A program made the position numbers and the translations under genes. Shown piece by piece: positions 46,447 through 57,213 of a DNA stretch of 64,000 nt. This stretch comes from Diplonema japonicum. Its lineage: Eukaryota > Protista > Euglenozoa: Diplonemea. Under the pieces are notes generated by a model, which was not told the origin of the DNA, did no database searches, and worked only from the letters and a program-made list of their open reading frames with translations. Location of the stretch: positions 310,001 to 374,000 of the forward strand of contig OZ025730.1 in the NCBI GenBank assembly GCA_964019335.1, given 5' to 3'. Within the stretch, counting starts at the first letter, position 1; each line of letters opens with the position of its first letter.

Positions 46447-48069
46447 TCAGATCTTTTGATTCTTGGGGCTCGGCGACGTCTGTGCGTGGGTCTCCGATTC
46501 ACCCCTCTTCCGTGAGCTCTCGGCCCTGGCAGCCTCCGCCTGTGCTTTCTCCTGCGCCGCCCTTGAACTGGGGAATTCTGCCTCCGACAGCTTCACCCTA
46601 TGCTGTTTCCCCCGGAAGCTCCTCTCGTTCTTGTTTGGTGCATCTTCCCGTGTCCAGTCCCTAATCGTCAGGGAATGAAGTTTTTCCCCCCTCGCAATAA
46701 GCCTGGCGGTGGGAGGGGTGGTGGCCCGAACGAGCCATCTCGAACCTTCTAGTCTGTCCAAGTGGCTAATGGACCATCCACATCCTGCGAGGTCGTTCAT
46801 CAAGTCACACGGGTGTTCCCAGCTGAGGCACCCTTCCAGGATATATTTGTCCCCAGCCTTCCGCGCCGGGAGAAGTATGGGGTTGACCCTTGCCAGTACC
46901 TCGCTGCGGACTGCTCCTCTCGGTAGCATTAGGGCCAGTCCGATCGGCGTTACCGTGAGTGAGGTGCCTATTGATGCTGTGGGGACATCGGCCGCCTTGA
47001 TCCCCTTCTTCAACTGGATGACCTCCAGTCTGTCTGCAGCGAACGCGTGTGTCCAGAATACACATTGGTCTCCCGATGCGACCAGCAGTCTAATCGCGTG
47101 CTCAGGGTCCACCCGTACCAGGGCAGAGGCGGTGTTGTTCTCGGTCGAGCGGTTGATCCTGAAGACGTTTTGCGGGGTTACCTTGAAGGGACCCTCCTTG
47201 TCTCGCGCCGCTAGAAGTGCCATTCTTTTAATGGCATTGCCGTCCGCTGTTCGCTTCCACTGTGCAGCTGAGCAATGGTCCTTTGCAATCACTGCCTTGA
47301 GGATAACGGTCCCTTTGCTGTCCTTGGGAGGGGCGTCCATGGCTTGCGGTAGTACTTCGTCCCCCAGGACCCAGGTTTTCATAATGCCCCTCGAGGTTGG
47401 GGAGTCGGACTCGGTTCCACCAGAGAATGGTTGGGTGCTGATGATTTTGAAAGTCAGGCCGAGGGCCTTGAGGCGTGCGGAGAGTTGGACAGGGTCTGCG
47501 GGATTAAAATATATTCCTGTCGTGAGTTTGTCCGGGAGCGCGTTGTGTATCTGCATATCTCCCCAGTGCTGCTGGATCAGGGCTAAGGGGGGTTTGGCGG
47601 GGCCCGGTCTGCTCATCCAGTTGGTGGCGGCTCCAAGGTAGGACTTGGTGTTACCTCTTGAAGCCTTCCTTGGCGGGGTCCTCTTCTCGTTCGACTTGGC
47701 GGTGGGTTGCGGCTGCTGACTATTCTTGCCTTGCTGCTTGTGCGGTTGTCCTTTAGGCTGTTGGTATTGTTGCTGCTGAACCTGTTGCTGTTGTTGTTGG
47801 AATTGTTTCTGGGGCTGATGAACTTGTTGGAGCTGCTTGAGTGGCGGCTGTTGCGTGTACGATTGTTGGGGTTGTGGTGAGGAATTTTGGAATTGCTGTT
47901 GTTGAACTTGGGCCTGTAGCGGAGTGGGCTGCTGGGGTGAGGACTTCTGTGCCATCTCGACCAGCTGCAGGATGCAGCCTAGGGTGGTCAGGACGAGGCT
48001 TCTGTTCTCCTCGGATAGTTCGCCTGCGAGCAGGCTCTGGGCTCTCTGGACCAGTTGATGGGGGTCCAT
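46447..48069 (-). CDS. LINE-B ORF1 (gag-like, Q-rich N-terminus)
   Basis: First ATG at 48069 (MDPHQL...); long ORF directly upstream of ORF2. Confidence 0.8.
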   Translation of the reverse strand: MDPHQLVQRAQSLLAGELSEENRSLVLTTLGCILQLVEMAQKSSPQQPTPLQAQVQQQQFQNSSPQPQQSYTQQPPLKQLQQVHQPQKQFQQQQQQVQQQQYQQPKGQPHKQQGKNSQQPQPTAKSNEKRTPPRKASRGNTKSYLGAATNWMSRPGPAKPPLALIQQHWGDMQIHNALPDKLTTGIYFNPADPVQLSARLKALGLTFKIISTQPFSGGTESDSPTSRGIMKTWVLGDEVLPQAMDAPPKDSKGTVILKAVIAKDHCSAAQWKRTADGNAIKRMALLAARDKEGPFKVTPQNVFRINRSTENNTASALVRVDPEHAIRLLVASGDQCVFWTHAFAADRLEVIQLKKGIKAADVPTASIGTSLTVTPIGLALMLPRGAVRSEVLARVNPILLPARKAGDKYILEGCLSWEHPCDLMNDLAGCGWSISHLDRLEGSRWLVRATTPPTARLIARGEKLHSLTIRDWTREDAPNKNERSFRGKQHRVKLSEAEFPSSRAAQEKAQAEAARAESSRKRGESETHAQTSPSPKNQKI

Positions 48070-48324
48070 GTTAAGAGCGTGATGGGGGAAGTGGAGTACG
48101 GAAAGGGGGTTGTGGGATGACGGAGTCGGTCGCTTTCTTACACTTACACTGTCACTGTCACTATTACTCTCACTGTCACTGTTACCGTATTTATACTGTT
48201 CTTTTCTTCCTGATATTGTCGTCACTTCTAAACACTTGCTTGGATATATCCGGTTGTGGTCTGGTCAATATATTTTTTCTTTTCAAACCGTTCTACCTGG
48301 TTCCTTTATTGGCACGGTCGATAC

Positions 48325-48378
48325 CAATAAAGTACAGAAACAATAAAGTACAGAAACTGTAGCTTTAGAATCGTTGGT
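48325..48378 (-). other. Spliced-leader exon copy (48378-48341) followed by a 16-nt relic SL (48340-48325)
   Basis: Minus strand reads ACCAACGATTCTAAAGCTACAGTTTCTGTACTTTATTG-TTTCTGTACTTTATTG. The 3' half matches the conserved euglenozoan SL (CAGTTTCTGTACTwTATTG); the 5' half resembles the diplonemid SL as I recall it. Confidence 0.9.
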
Positions 48379-49110
48379 GGAAAAAAGAACAGGAAAAGAC
48401 GCCGAAATACATTCCCACAATTTCTGTGTGTAGTAGAGGAGGGAAATGCTTTGACTTCTTTAGAGATACGAGGCGTGCGCATAAATTTTTTTTTTTAAAA
48501 AAAGAAGAGGGGTGAAGGATTTATCTAAATAGAAATGACTTCGGGGGGGGGGGGGGGGGGGGGGGGATACTGCAAATCAAGAGTATTTTTTAGGCTGTGG
48601 GGACACAGAAGATGAGAAGATAAATTGTTCTTGTGGGTGGGCTGGGGACACCCGAATAGCCAGCTCAAGGGGAAACAAGGATCAAGGGAGAAAAAAAAAA
48701 AGAAAAAAAGTTTGCAACAAAAACCACTCTTAGCTGAGCCATTCTGTATTATACTGTTAGGGATATTGCCACGAAAAAAAAAAAACCTAGAGAAATCTCT
48801 TATTTCCTTTTTTTTTCAGATGGGGGGGAGGGGGGGGGAGATTGTATTTTGGTTTATCACAGTAGCCAAATAAATACTCTGTATTGGAGAAGGGTACTTT
48901 TTTTCTCTTTTTTTTTCTCTCCCTTCGAGATCACAACAAAAGGCCGTAAGTAACCACCGGACATGACCTTAAACCATAGACAATAGAAGAAAGAGGAAAG
49001 AGAAGAAGAAGAGAAAAAAAAAAGAAGATCGAGATTCTGCTACATAAAAAGTCACTTTGGGAAACCCAAGTGGTGCATATTTTTTTTTCAAAAAAAATAT
49101 ATGAAGTTTC

Positions 49111-49142
<32 letters not shown>

Positions 49143-49294
49143 CCCTTCATTCTCTTTCCTTCGTTCCCTCTTTTCCAAAAATTTAAAAGAAACTAACTTT
49201 TACATGTTGCCTCTTGGAACATTTTCAGCCATAAATGGCTATCATGCTACCATTTCATGGAAAAAAAAAAAAAAAAAAAAAAAAAAAAGGACCT

Positions 49295-50593
49295 TCACTC
49301 CTCAAGAATCTTCTCCCATATCATCACCGAGGGACTTATTGTCACACCCTCTTCTACATCGCCTGTGAAGGGGGTTATTTTAGCACTGCCGTTGTGCTCA
49401 GAAGAGGGCATTGCTTGTTCACAAACAACGGCCCTTGCATGCCAACTGTGGGATCCCACACTGGAATTCCCGCTGCACTGTGAAAGAACCCAGAAGGAAG
49501 ACCAAACGAACATATAATAAGACATCACCTCATCGGGACTCGTACCGAAGTAGGCGGAAAGCCTCTCGAGGCTCTCAGAAGATAGTTTTTTCTGAAATAT
49601 TTTCTCGCCCCAAGCTGACAGGGAGAACGATCGAAGCCCGCACCATACATTCAAAAGCGTGAAGACAAAACCCTGATCGACGTCAGGGTACGCACCACGG
49701 AGCGCACCAGTGTTGACCACAAACTTATCCAGCGAATCCCCCCATCCCCATTGCCCTGCTTTTTTCATTAGCAGTGTGTCCTTTAAAGTGTGGGTGGTGA
49801 TAATAGTACCGGCGGCCTTTGCGATGCTCTGCTGAAGCGATTCAACACTCTGGTTCCCATCCACCGTTTCGACAAAGGAGACTTCAACCCCTGTGAAGGG
49901 ATGGGCGAGCATGAGTACCCAGGTGATGGGGGAGGTCCCATAGCACCATGATAGGTCGAGTTCACTGTGGGTTTGGTATGTGATGGTGACTGCTTGTATT
50001 TTTGCGTTCAAGGTGAACACGCCTTGCTGGAGCTGTATGGTGTAGTCGGATGAAGTGCATGTTCCTTCAGGGAATATCAGAACAGGGTGCGGCCACTGGC
50101 CCGGGTTGTCAGTTCGGTTAGCCACCTCTTGCAGCGTTGCTGCACGTGAGTCTTTTGATGACCGATTGACGGAAATGGTTTGGCACGATTTTGTAAAGAC
50201 GCCGGTGCTTTCTGCACGTGCTACGGGGTACGCTGGGGCAACCCACATGAGCAGCAAGCCGTCTGCCCATGTTGTGTGGTTTGCCACCAGAATCCGTGAA
50301 TCTGGTTCTTGTTTGCCTTTCACGTGGACCCACATGAACCCTGCAACGAAGAGCATTGCCCTGAACACAGCCCTCTCGAGCTTGAACAGAATCGACCGAC
50401 ACGGGCAGCAAGAGCTCACCACCATCGTTGCCAAAACCCATGCCATTGCCATCAACAGAAATATCAATATTACCCTCACCACGACTAGAACCCAGCCGAA
50501 GAGGATCAGCCACACCACACCCTTCACCCCTATCCCAGGGCTTTTGTTGCAAAAGGCCTTTGCATCTTGTGGCGGTATTTTCGGCGGTTGCAT
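49295..50593 (-). CDS. Lysophospholipid acyltransferase (PlsC / LPCAT-like)
   Basis: NHTTWAD (HX4D) and LIFPEGT motifs after N-terminal TM segments. Confidence 0.85.
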   Translation of the reverse strand: MQPPKIPPQDAKAFCNKSPGIGVKGVVWLILFGWVLVVVRVILIFLLMAMAWVLATMVVSSCCPCRSILFKLERAVFRAMLFVAGFMWVHVKGKQEPDSRILVANHTTWADGLLLMWVAPAYPVARAESTGVFTKSCQTISVNRSSKDSRAATLQEVANRTDNPGQWPHPVLIFPEGTCTSSDYTIQLQQGVFTLNAKIQAVTITYQTHSELDLSWCYGTSPITWVLMLAHPFTGVEVSFVETVDGNQSVESLQQSIAKAAGTIITTHTLKDTLLMKKAGQWGWGDSLDKFVVNTGALRGAYPDVDQGFVFTLLNVWCGLRSFSLSAWGEKIFQKKLSSESLERLSAYFGTSPDEVMSYYMFVWSSFWVLSQCSGNSSVGSHSWHARAVVCEQAMPSSEHNGSAKITPFTGDVEEGVTISPSVMIWEKILEE

Positions 50594-51006
50594 GAACGCA
50601 TGTATTTTGTTTGCTCCTTTTAGATTTTAGAAGGTGGGTGAAAAGAAGGGGGTGACAATAATGCTCGGAAAGAAGAAGAAAGTGCACACAAATAACTTTC
50701 CTTCTTTCTTAATGGCATACGAAGTAGAGCACTGAAGGGAGGGAGGAATAGATGAGATAGAGATGTAGGTGTAAATAAACTAAAAAAAAGAGGGGTCACG
50801 CTGACAGCAATAAACGTTTCTTTTTTTTTTTTTCCTTTTTTTTTTTTTTTCTTTTTTTTTTTTTCGTTCGTAAGTGCTGGACATCGCTTGGAGGTGCCCA
50901 TGCGGTTTTCTTCAAAAGAAAAAGGAACACCTGGGCAGCGCGAGCCAACATAGAGCATACGGTAAAGGGGGAGAGAGAGGGGAACCACAAATACTAATTT
51001 CTCCAT

Positions 51007-52125
51007 TCACCCTGAAGACCAACCGGACCCTGTTCCCGTGCCTGTGCCTGTTGACATGAAGGCCCTGAACTTCTTCCTAAGCGCTTGGTGGAAGGGCGTC
51101 TTAGTGTCCTCCTTCTTCACCTCCTCTGCCTTCTTCAACCCTTTTTTCCCCTGGCTAAGGTCGGCACTTGTAATGAGCTTGTGCTTCTTGGGGGTAGAGG
51201 GTTGCCTTGAAGCCGGCGACGCCTTCGCTCTTGGGGATGTGGGGTGGATTGGTGGCAGTGACACGGGGCGGGGACCAGGTGGTGGGGGCGTCTTCCCAAG
51301 CCCCGTTGAGGGGGGCAACGGAGGCGGCGGCGGTGGTGGTGGTGGGGCACCTTTCTGCATGGGTGGTGGCGGCGGTGGTGGAGCACCTTTCTGCACGGGT
51401 GGCGGCGGCGGCGGCGGCGGTGGAGCACCTTTCTGCACAGGCGGCTGTGGGGATACTTGAAGAGCTGACTGTTCAAACCCCGTGGCAGTGGACATTGTGG
51501 TGCGAGAGGGCGACCCGCTTGGCAGCAGGGAGGGCACAGGAACATGGGCAGGTGCACGCTGCTCTGAGGGTTCCATAGTCGGCTCGGTAGAAATCTCTAA
51601 GCTGGTCCTTGAGCGGCGTGAGGGGGGCACCCCCTGAGGGAAGTTGTTAAGAGGTGACTCCATGGCGAGGTGGCGTAGAGGGCGGAGCTCAATACGACTT
51701 TCCGAAGAGAGCGTGCGAGGTTGCTGCTCGGGGTGTGCTGTGTGGTGCATAAGGCTGTGCAGGAAGTCAGTCACATCACCCTCACAGGCACGCAGCCCTA
51801 TGACGGCACCCAGCACGTCTGACTGGAAGCAGTAGAAGTGTGTGCCGACCAGCTTGACATCCATCCCTTTGCAGATCTCGTGCACGAAGACGAGGCCTTC
51901 GCCCTGCAGCCCCACCATGGCTAAGTACCCTACGCCCCTTCTCTCTGTGATATAGACAGGCCCAGCTTGCCCACTCCACACCCACCCTTGTGCCATGTCC
52001 TTCACTAGATATAATTTACAACAGGCGTACCCCTGAGGCTCCATCCCAGACTCAAGCTGCTCTCTGCACGCCTCATCTTCCTCTATGGTGAGGCGGCCCT
52101 CTGCTGTAAGGGTGTGAACGGACAT
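51007..52125 (-). CDS. WH1/EVH1 + polyproline + WH2-like actin regulator (WASP/VASP-like)
   Basis: KLY...W...G...HEI...FYCF...IGL WH1-like pattern, three GAPPPPP repeats, and DLSQGKKGLKKA. Confidence 0.65.
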   Translation of the reverse strand: MSVHTLTAEGRLTIEEDEACREQLESGMEPQGYACCKLYLVKDMAQGWVWSGQAGPVYITERRGVGYLAMVGLQGEGLVFVHEICKGMDVKLVGTHFYCFQSDVLGAVIGLRACEGDVTDFLHSLMHHTAHPEQQPRTLSSESRIELRPLRHLAMESPLNNFPQGVPPSRRSRTSLEISTEPTMEPSEQRAPAHVPVPSLLPSGSPSRTTMSTATGFEQSALQVSPQPPVQKGAPPPPPPPPPVQKGAPPPPPPPMQKGAPPPPPPPPPLPPSTGLGKTPPPPGPRPVSLPPIHPTSPRAKASPASRQPSTPKKHKLITSADLSQGKKGLKKAEEVKKEDTKTPFHQALRKKFRAFMSTGTGTGTGSGWSSG

Positions 52126-52939
52126 CTACTTCCTTGGTTTCTTTTTCTTTTTTTCTTTTTTGAAAGGTGCGTAACAGGACGATGAAGAGAAAAAGAAAAA
52201 GAAAAAAAAAAAAACGCAAGTCAAAAAAAAAAGGAAAAAGAAAGTCACGGATACCAAAAGAGGAAAAAAAAATGAAGGGGGGGTGGGGGTGGGGTAAAAG
52301 GAAAAAAAAGGAAAAAAAGGGAAAAAAGGAAAAAAAAGGGGGGGTAATTACAGAAAGGGGATAAAGGAAAAATGAATGGCAATGAAGAAAAATAGGGAAA
52401 TTAAGAGAAGGTGGTAGGGGGGGCATGGGACGGGGCTCTCACAGGGTCTTTCTCTTCCTTCAGACTTCCTTGATATTGCTTTTTTTCTTTATTTGTAATT
52501 TTTATTTTTCTTGTTCTATTCCTCTGGTCTACATCTTTTCAAGCTTTGGTGGTAAAAAATACCTCTATAAAGAGCAAGAGAAGAAGAAGAAGAAGGGGGT
52601 GGTCTGAATGAACGAATGAGGCCTTGCAAAAAAACCCTCAAAAAAGAAAAAAAAAAGGGGGGGGAACCATGAAGGGCACAGGAATACAGGGGAAATTCCA
52701 GCGACAAGAAAAGAGAAACGGGGAATAGAAAAAGGAAAAGAAAGGGAAAAAAAAAGAAAGAAATATCATACAACAGGGGAGGGGGGAAGAAAAAAAAAAC
52801 ACTTTTTTGTTAAACCTCTCTTTCTTCTTTTTTTTTATTTTTTTTCCTTTTTTTTTTTTTTTTTTCAAAGCAACTTTCGCTGAACACCAAAGAGAAAAAA
52901 AAAATACAAATCTGACAGCAAGGGAAGGCAAACATTCTT

Positions 52940-52972
<33 letters not shown>

Positions 52973-53075
52973 CGCTGTCTTATAATTTACTTTTTATCGT
53001 ATTTAAGTCATCAGTTCTTTGCCATCTATTTTTTTTTTTTTTTTTTTTTTTTCTTCAAAAAAAATTTCTCTCCCT

Positions 53076-53404
53076 TCATACCCAATCACAGTCCTGCTCA
53101 GTAAGTTCCGTCTGGTCGCGCAGGCGCATTTTTTCCATCTCGGAGTCCTTGATCCCCTTGAGTTCCATTTCCCTCTCATCGAAAGTGTTCAAGGCAGCGT
53201 CCTTCTCCACCCTGGCTCTGTTCAAGTTCGCGATTTCCTTCTCCTTCTGTTCGATCCTCACCTGGTCCTTCTGAGCGGACTGAGCAACATGCACGAAGGC
53301 TGCGGACACAATCATTGGGACGACCAGCATGGCAACAACTCCCATAAGAAGGGGGATCAGAAGGCGGGTGCTCTTGTGGCCCCTCTGCGTTTTTTTATTT
53401 AAAA

Positions 53405-53439
<35 letters not shown>

Positions 53440-54184
53440 ATTCTCCTTGGCATACCCCCCTGACAGGCTCCAGCTGGTCGGTGATGAAGAAGGCGTCGGT
53501 GCTGATCCAAAGCGAGTCGAACTTGATCTGGGCAGGGTAGCTGGTCGAGAGCTCCACGATCACGTCGTTGAAGTTGTCGGCAATGTTCTGTTTTTTTTTT
53601 TTTTTTTTTTTTTTCTTCTGTCCACACCTCAGGAATGGAAAGCATGGACACCCTGACGAAGGAGTTCCAGAAGTTGGAAGGCACCACCTCGGCACCGTTG
53701 GGGGTCTGTAATTTCTTTTTTTTTGTTCCCCCCCTTTTTTTTTTACCTTGACTCTTCCCGTGACGGTGCTCACATCTGACGACTCGACCACTCTGTCGAA
53801 CCTAATGCTGCTGTAGATGGTATCTGCCACGGCAGGGTCGAAGCTCGTCCCCAGGTCGAAGAATGTCTGGGTGACAAACGCGCTGAACTGCCCGTTGGGA
53901 TGCTGTGCTGTGAGCGACGCCTCGAGCTCGGTCCTCTTCCTCGCTGCCACTGTGTTGTAAGCTGTGCCAAGCGCCTCTCTGAAAGTTCTCCTGTTGAAGG
54001 TGCCCCTGACAGCACCTGTTGTTGTGATGAAGCACGCGTCATGGCAGTTCAAGTAAAACGAAAAGTTGACATCCTTCCTTTCAAACTGGCCGATGGGGGA
54101 GTTTGCGAACTCTACCTCCCCGTTGGTCCCGCCCTGACAGCTCACAAGAGCTGGCAACAGACACAAAGCCGCCACACGCATCAT
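53076..54184 (-). CDS. Type I membrane protein with coiled-coil tail; introns 53706-53746, 53588-53627, 53385-53455
   Basis: Signal peptide MMRVAALCLLPALVSC. Removing three GT-AG introns gives one frame ending in a TM helix and a charged tail. Confidence 0.75.
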
Positions 54185-54614
54185 GTTGTCGGTGTTCTTT
54201 CTTTGGGGGGGGACAGCCTTTTTTTTTTTTTTTTTTTTCAATTTTTTTTTGTAAAGTGGTGGCAACATCGACGAAAAATGCAGCCCGATGCTCACAAATT
54301 AAGTTGTTACCCCCCCCCTTGCCCTCTCCGCTCTATTTGAAGCGGAGCGCAGAAGCCGTGGTCGCCCATTGTGCACAAGATGGCAAAGGCCTTCGAGAAG
54401 GGAAGTGGGGAAAAGAAAATTTGTTGACCCCCTTAACAAAACGGACAGCAGACAAAAGAAAGGAACAAAAAAAGAAAGAGGGAAAGATACAAAAAAAAGA
54501 AAAGGACAATTACAATAAAAGAGGAAACAAAAAAAGGGGGGGGGGTACATTAATTACGGCAGCACCTCGTTATAACTAAGGAGGGAGAACTTGTGTCCTG
54601 TAACTAACCTCTTT

Positions 54615-56273
54615 TCAGTAGTTCCCTCCGAGGCCTCCGATGCCGTAGACAGAGGAGTTGCCGCTGCATATCATGCCCGTGAGGTTCTTTGGGAGGTCGG
54701 CAAGAGGCTGCAGGAGGATGCTCTTGTCGATTTTGAACTGCTCGGTTTGGGCAGCAAGGTCTCGCTTCATGGCGTGGCAGGTGTCTGAGAGGCGGGATGC
54801 TTCGAGGGAGAGGTGGTTGTGCTTCAGGGTGAGCGTGTCTATGGCAGTGGTGAGTGTGTTATGCTCGGAGTTCAACGCGGCGCAGACTTTGTCGTGGTTC
54901 TCCCCAAGGAGGGGACGCTGCTCACGGAGGCGGAGGCGTTTGCAAATAATATCACGCTCCTTGATCCTCTCATCAGTGCTCGTCTTCAGCAAGTCTAGCT
55001 GTGTGTTTGTCTTCGTCTGCTCGTCTTGCAGCGCTGCCATCCTAGCCTTCCCGCTTTCCAACTGTGCTTCTTCATACGCCAGTCTTGTCTTTACCGCCTT
55101 CATGATCTTCTCCTCGTTCTTCTTGCATCTGTCCTCCATTGTGGTCACGTCTTTTTTGTACTTCCTGCGGCTCTCTACTGACTTTAAGAGTAGTGTCTCC
55201 GCTTCTCTAAGCACCTCTGCCGGGTCAGTCTCTTCGCCCCCACTGTCGGGGTCCACGTCATGATTGTGCAGGTCCAGGTTGTCCATCTCCAGCGATGATG
55301 ATATCGCCTCGCTTGCCGCTGTCAGTTTTGCCTCCACCCTCCGCAGGTCCCGCACAGTCCCCTCAGACGCCTTCAGCATTGTGTCTAGCTCCCCGCAGTA
55401 CTTCTTCACTGTCTCCTCCTGCTTATGCAGGGTCTCGCTTACGGTATCGCGCCGTCCCTTCCTTGCATCGATGACCTTTCTTACAGACTTCATCCCCGTT
55501 GTGCGCACCCCGCGGATTTCCATCAGGAACCCGAACACACGCTGCGTCACGAGAGACTCTTCTCTGATCGTCTGCAGGGTCTTCTGTGCCTGTGTTTTGA
55601 GTGTCTCAGCTGCGCGGCGATGACGGCGGAGCTCCTCTGCGGTGATCTGCGATGTCCTCGCTACCTTCTTTCGTGTCGCTTCGTTGGCGGCGACACTGGA
55701 CTCGCGCACCTTGGCGACGAAGGCACGGTGGGCATCCGCGAGGACAGGTGGCGGGACCACGGAACCAGGGGAGTGGTAAGACTGACTGCGGTACTCAGGT
55801 GAGGCAGCCTGCACTGCTTGGCTCTGCGGGGTGTCGAACTGCACTTCGGAAGGCGGCATCTTCCTTCCGGAAAACCTCCCCTTCGAATGCCGGACAGAAG
55901 GCGATGAAGACATGTTCTGCATGGGGCTGGACGAGCTCTCGCGCACTCTTTGCGAGGCCCACTTCCGTTCTTCGTCCTGGTCCAGCACGCGAGTCACCTT
56001 GTACACGGAGGACGACTGTGCGGGCCCTAACTCCTGCGGTGCGGGGCTCACGCTGCACCCCCTCGTGCCATCCCTGCGTACCACCCATACCGAAGCAGGA
56101 GAGTTGTTCCCAGACGGGCTCCTGCTCCTGCTCCTGCTCGACTTCTCATAAGGCACGCCCCTAGCATTGTAGAACCGCTTCAGCACCGTGTCGTCATAGC
56201 TCTGCGTGACCCTGTCGATGCTTGACGGCAGCTTCTTACACAAGGGGTTCTCGACCTTTGTGTTCAAATGCAT
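54615..56273 (-). CDS. Tektin-like coiled-coil protein
   Basis: Long coiled coil with RLRLREQRPLLGENHDKVCAALNSE, resembling the tektin RPNVELCRD region. Confidence 0.6.
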   Translation of the reverse strand: MHLNTKVENPLCKKLPSSIDRVTQSYDDTVLKRFYNARGVPYEKSSRSRSRSPSGNNSPASVWVVRRDGTRGCSVSPAPQELGPAQSSSVYKVTRVLDQDEERKWASQRVRESSSSPMQNMSSSPSVRHSKGRFSGRKMPPSEVQFDTPQSQAVQAASPEYRSQSYHSPGSVVPPPVLADAHRAFVAKVRESSVAANEATRKKVARTSQITAEELRRHRRAAETLKTQAQKTLQTIREESLVTQRVFGFLMEIRGVRTTGMKSVRKVIDARKGRRDTVSETLHKQEETVKKYCGELDTMLKASEGTVRDLRRVEAKLTAASEAISSSLEMDNLDLHNHDVDPDSGGEETDPAEVLREAETLLLKSVESRRKYKKDVTTMEDRCKKNEEKIMKAVKTRLAYEEAQLESGKARMAALQDEQTKTNTQLDLLKTSTDERIKERDIICKRLRLREQRPLLGENHDKVCAALNSEHNTLTTAIDTLTLKHNHLSLEASRLSDTCHAMKRDLAAQTEQFKIDKSILLQPLADLPKNLTGMICSGNSSVYGIGGLGGNY

Positions 56274-56380
56274 ATTTACCCCTCCCCTCCCCTCCTTCTA
56301 TGATTAACAATGGTACGATAGTCAACGAAAGGGATGAAATCTCCAAAGAAAAAAAAGAAAAAAAAAAAAGTGAGAGAAAC

Positions 56381-57054
56381 TCACCTCCTCCCTGGTGCCC
56401 CTTTGCTGTCCTTCTCTTTGTGCACGTTCATGTACTGCCTGTATTGGATCTTACTTTTACGTTGAAAGAACCCTTCTTCGTTGCCCTGCACTTGCTTGTT
56501 CTGTGATGTGTTGTGTTTTGCTGTGTTGTGCACACCTTAGAAGTGCCGAACCCCGTGATGCCCATCATCTGTGCGATCTTCTGATTCTGTGGTGGCAGTA
56601 GTGTATTTGTTTTCTTCATCCATACTTCCATTTCTACATCGATGTTGTCATGGTCTATAGGACCACTGCTTTCCTGGTGTTTTGTTTCTTTCGCTCTTGG
56701 CTTCTCCTTTTCATTTCTCTCCGGGGAGCGTCTCCTTTCTCTGTCTTCTCTGTCCCTGTCCCTGTCCCTGTCCCTGTCTCTATCTCTTCTTTCCCTGTCC
56801 CTGTCCCTATCCCTGTCTTCTCTGTCTCTTCGACTTCTATCCTTATCCCTATCCCTATCCCTATCCCTATCCCTATCCCTATCCCTATCCCTATCCCTAT
56901 CCCTATCCCTATCCCTATTCCTATCCCTATCCCTATCCCTATCCCGATCTCTGTCCCTATCACGATCTCTGTCCCTATCTCTGTCCCTGTCTCTATCCCG
57001 TTCTCTGTCCCTATCCTCACCTCTGTCCCTCCTGTCTCGGTCATCCCTTCCCAT
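56381..57054 (-). CDS. SNRNP27: U4/U6.U5 tri-snRNP 27 kDa protein; introns 56587-56625 and 56501-56535
   Basis: RD-repeat N-terminus and MMGITGFGTSK. Splicing restores the family motif YRQYMN. Confidence 0.85.
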
Positions 57055-57213
57055 TGGTTTTACTTCGTTTCCTGTTTAAAAATCAGAGATAGAAAAACAG
57101 CTAAATAATAATAAAAACGGGGGTTGCCCATAAAATGACTGATAATCCTATAGTGCGGGCCTAGGGGTCGGGTCCTAACGATGGCGTAATAAGGGGGGGT
57201 CCTAGGGGCCAGC

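Larger units (their letters stand above)
42012..48378 (-). mobile_element. APE-type non-LTR retrotransposon LINE-B, full length, SL-capped (ORF1 + 2A-APE-RT-zinc finger ORF2)
   Basis: Two intact ORFs, an SL sequence at the 5' end and a short 3' UTR. No clear target-site duplication; the 3' end is approximate. Confidence 0.9.

Noticed and set aside
48200-48420. Functional SL RNA gene
   Set aside because: Single copy with a duplicated exon 3' end, first base not matching the expected A, no evident Sm site or T-tract terminator at the expected distance, and it leads straight into LINE ORF1. Not fully excluded without the species' SL gene.
56838-56945. (CCCTAT)n array resembling a telomeric repeat
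   Set aside because: It is in frame within SNRNP27 and encodes the Arg-Asp dipeptide repeat.
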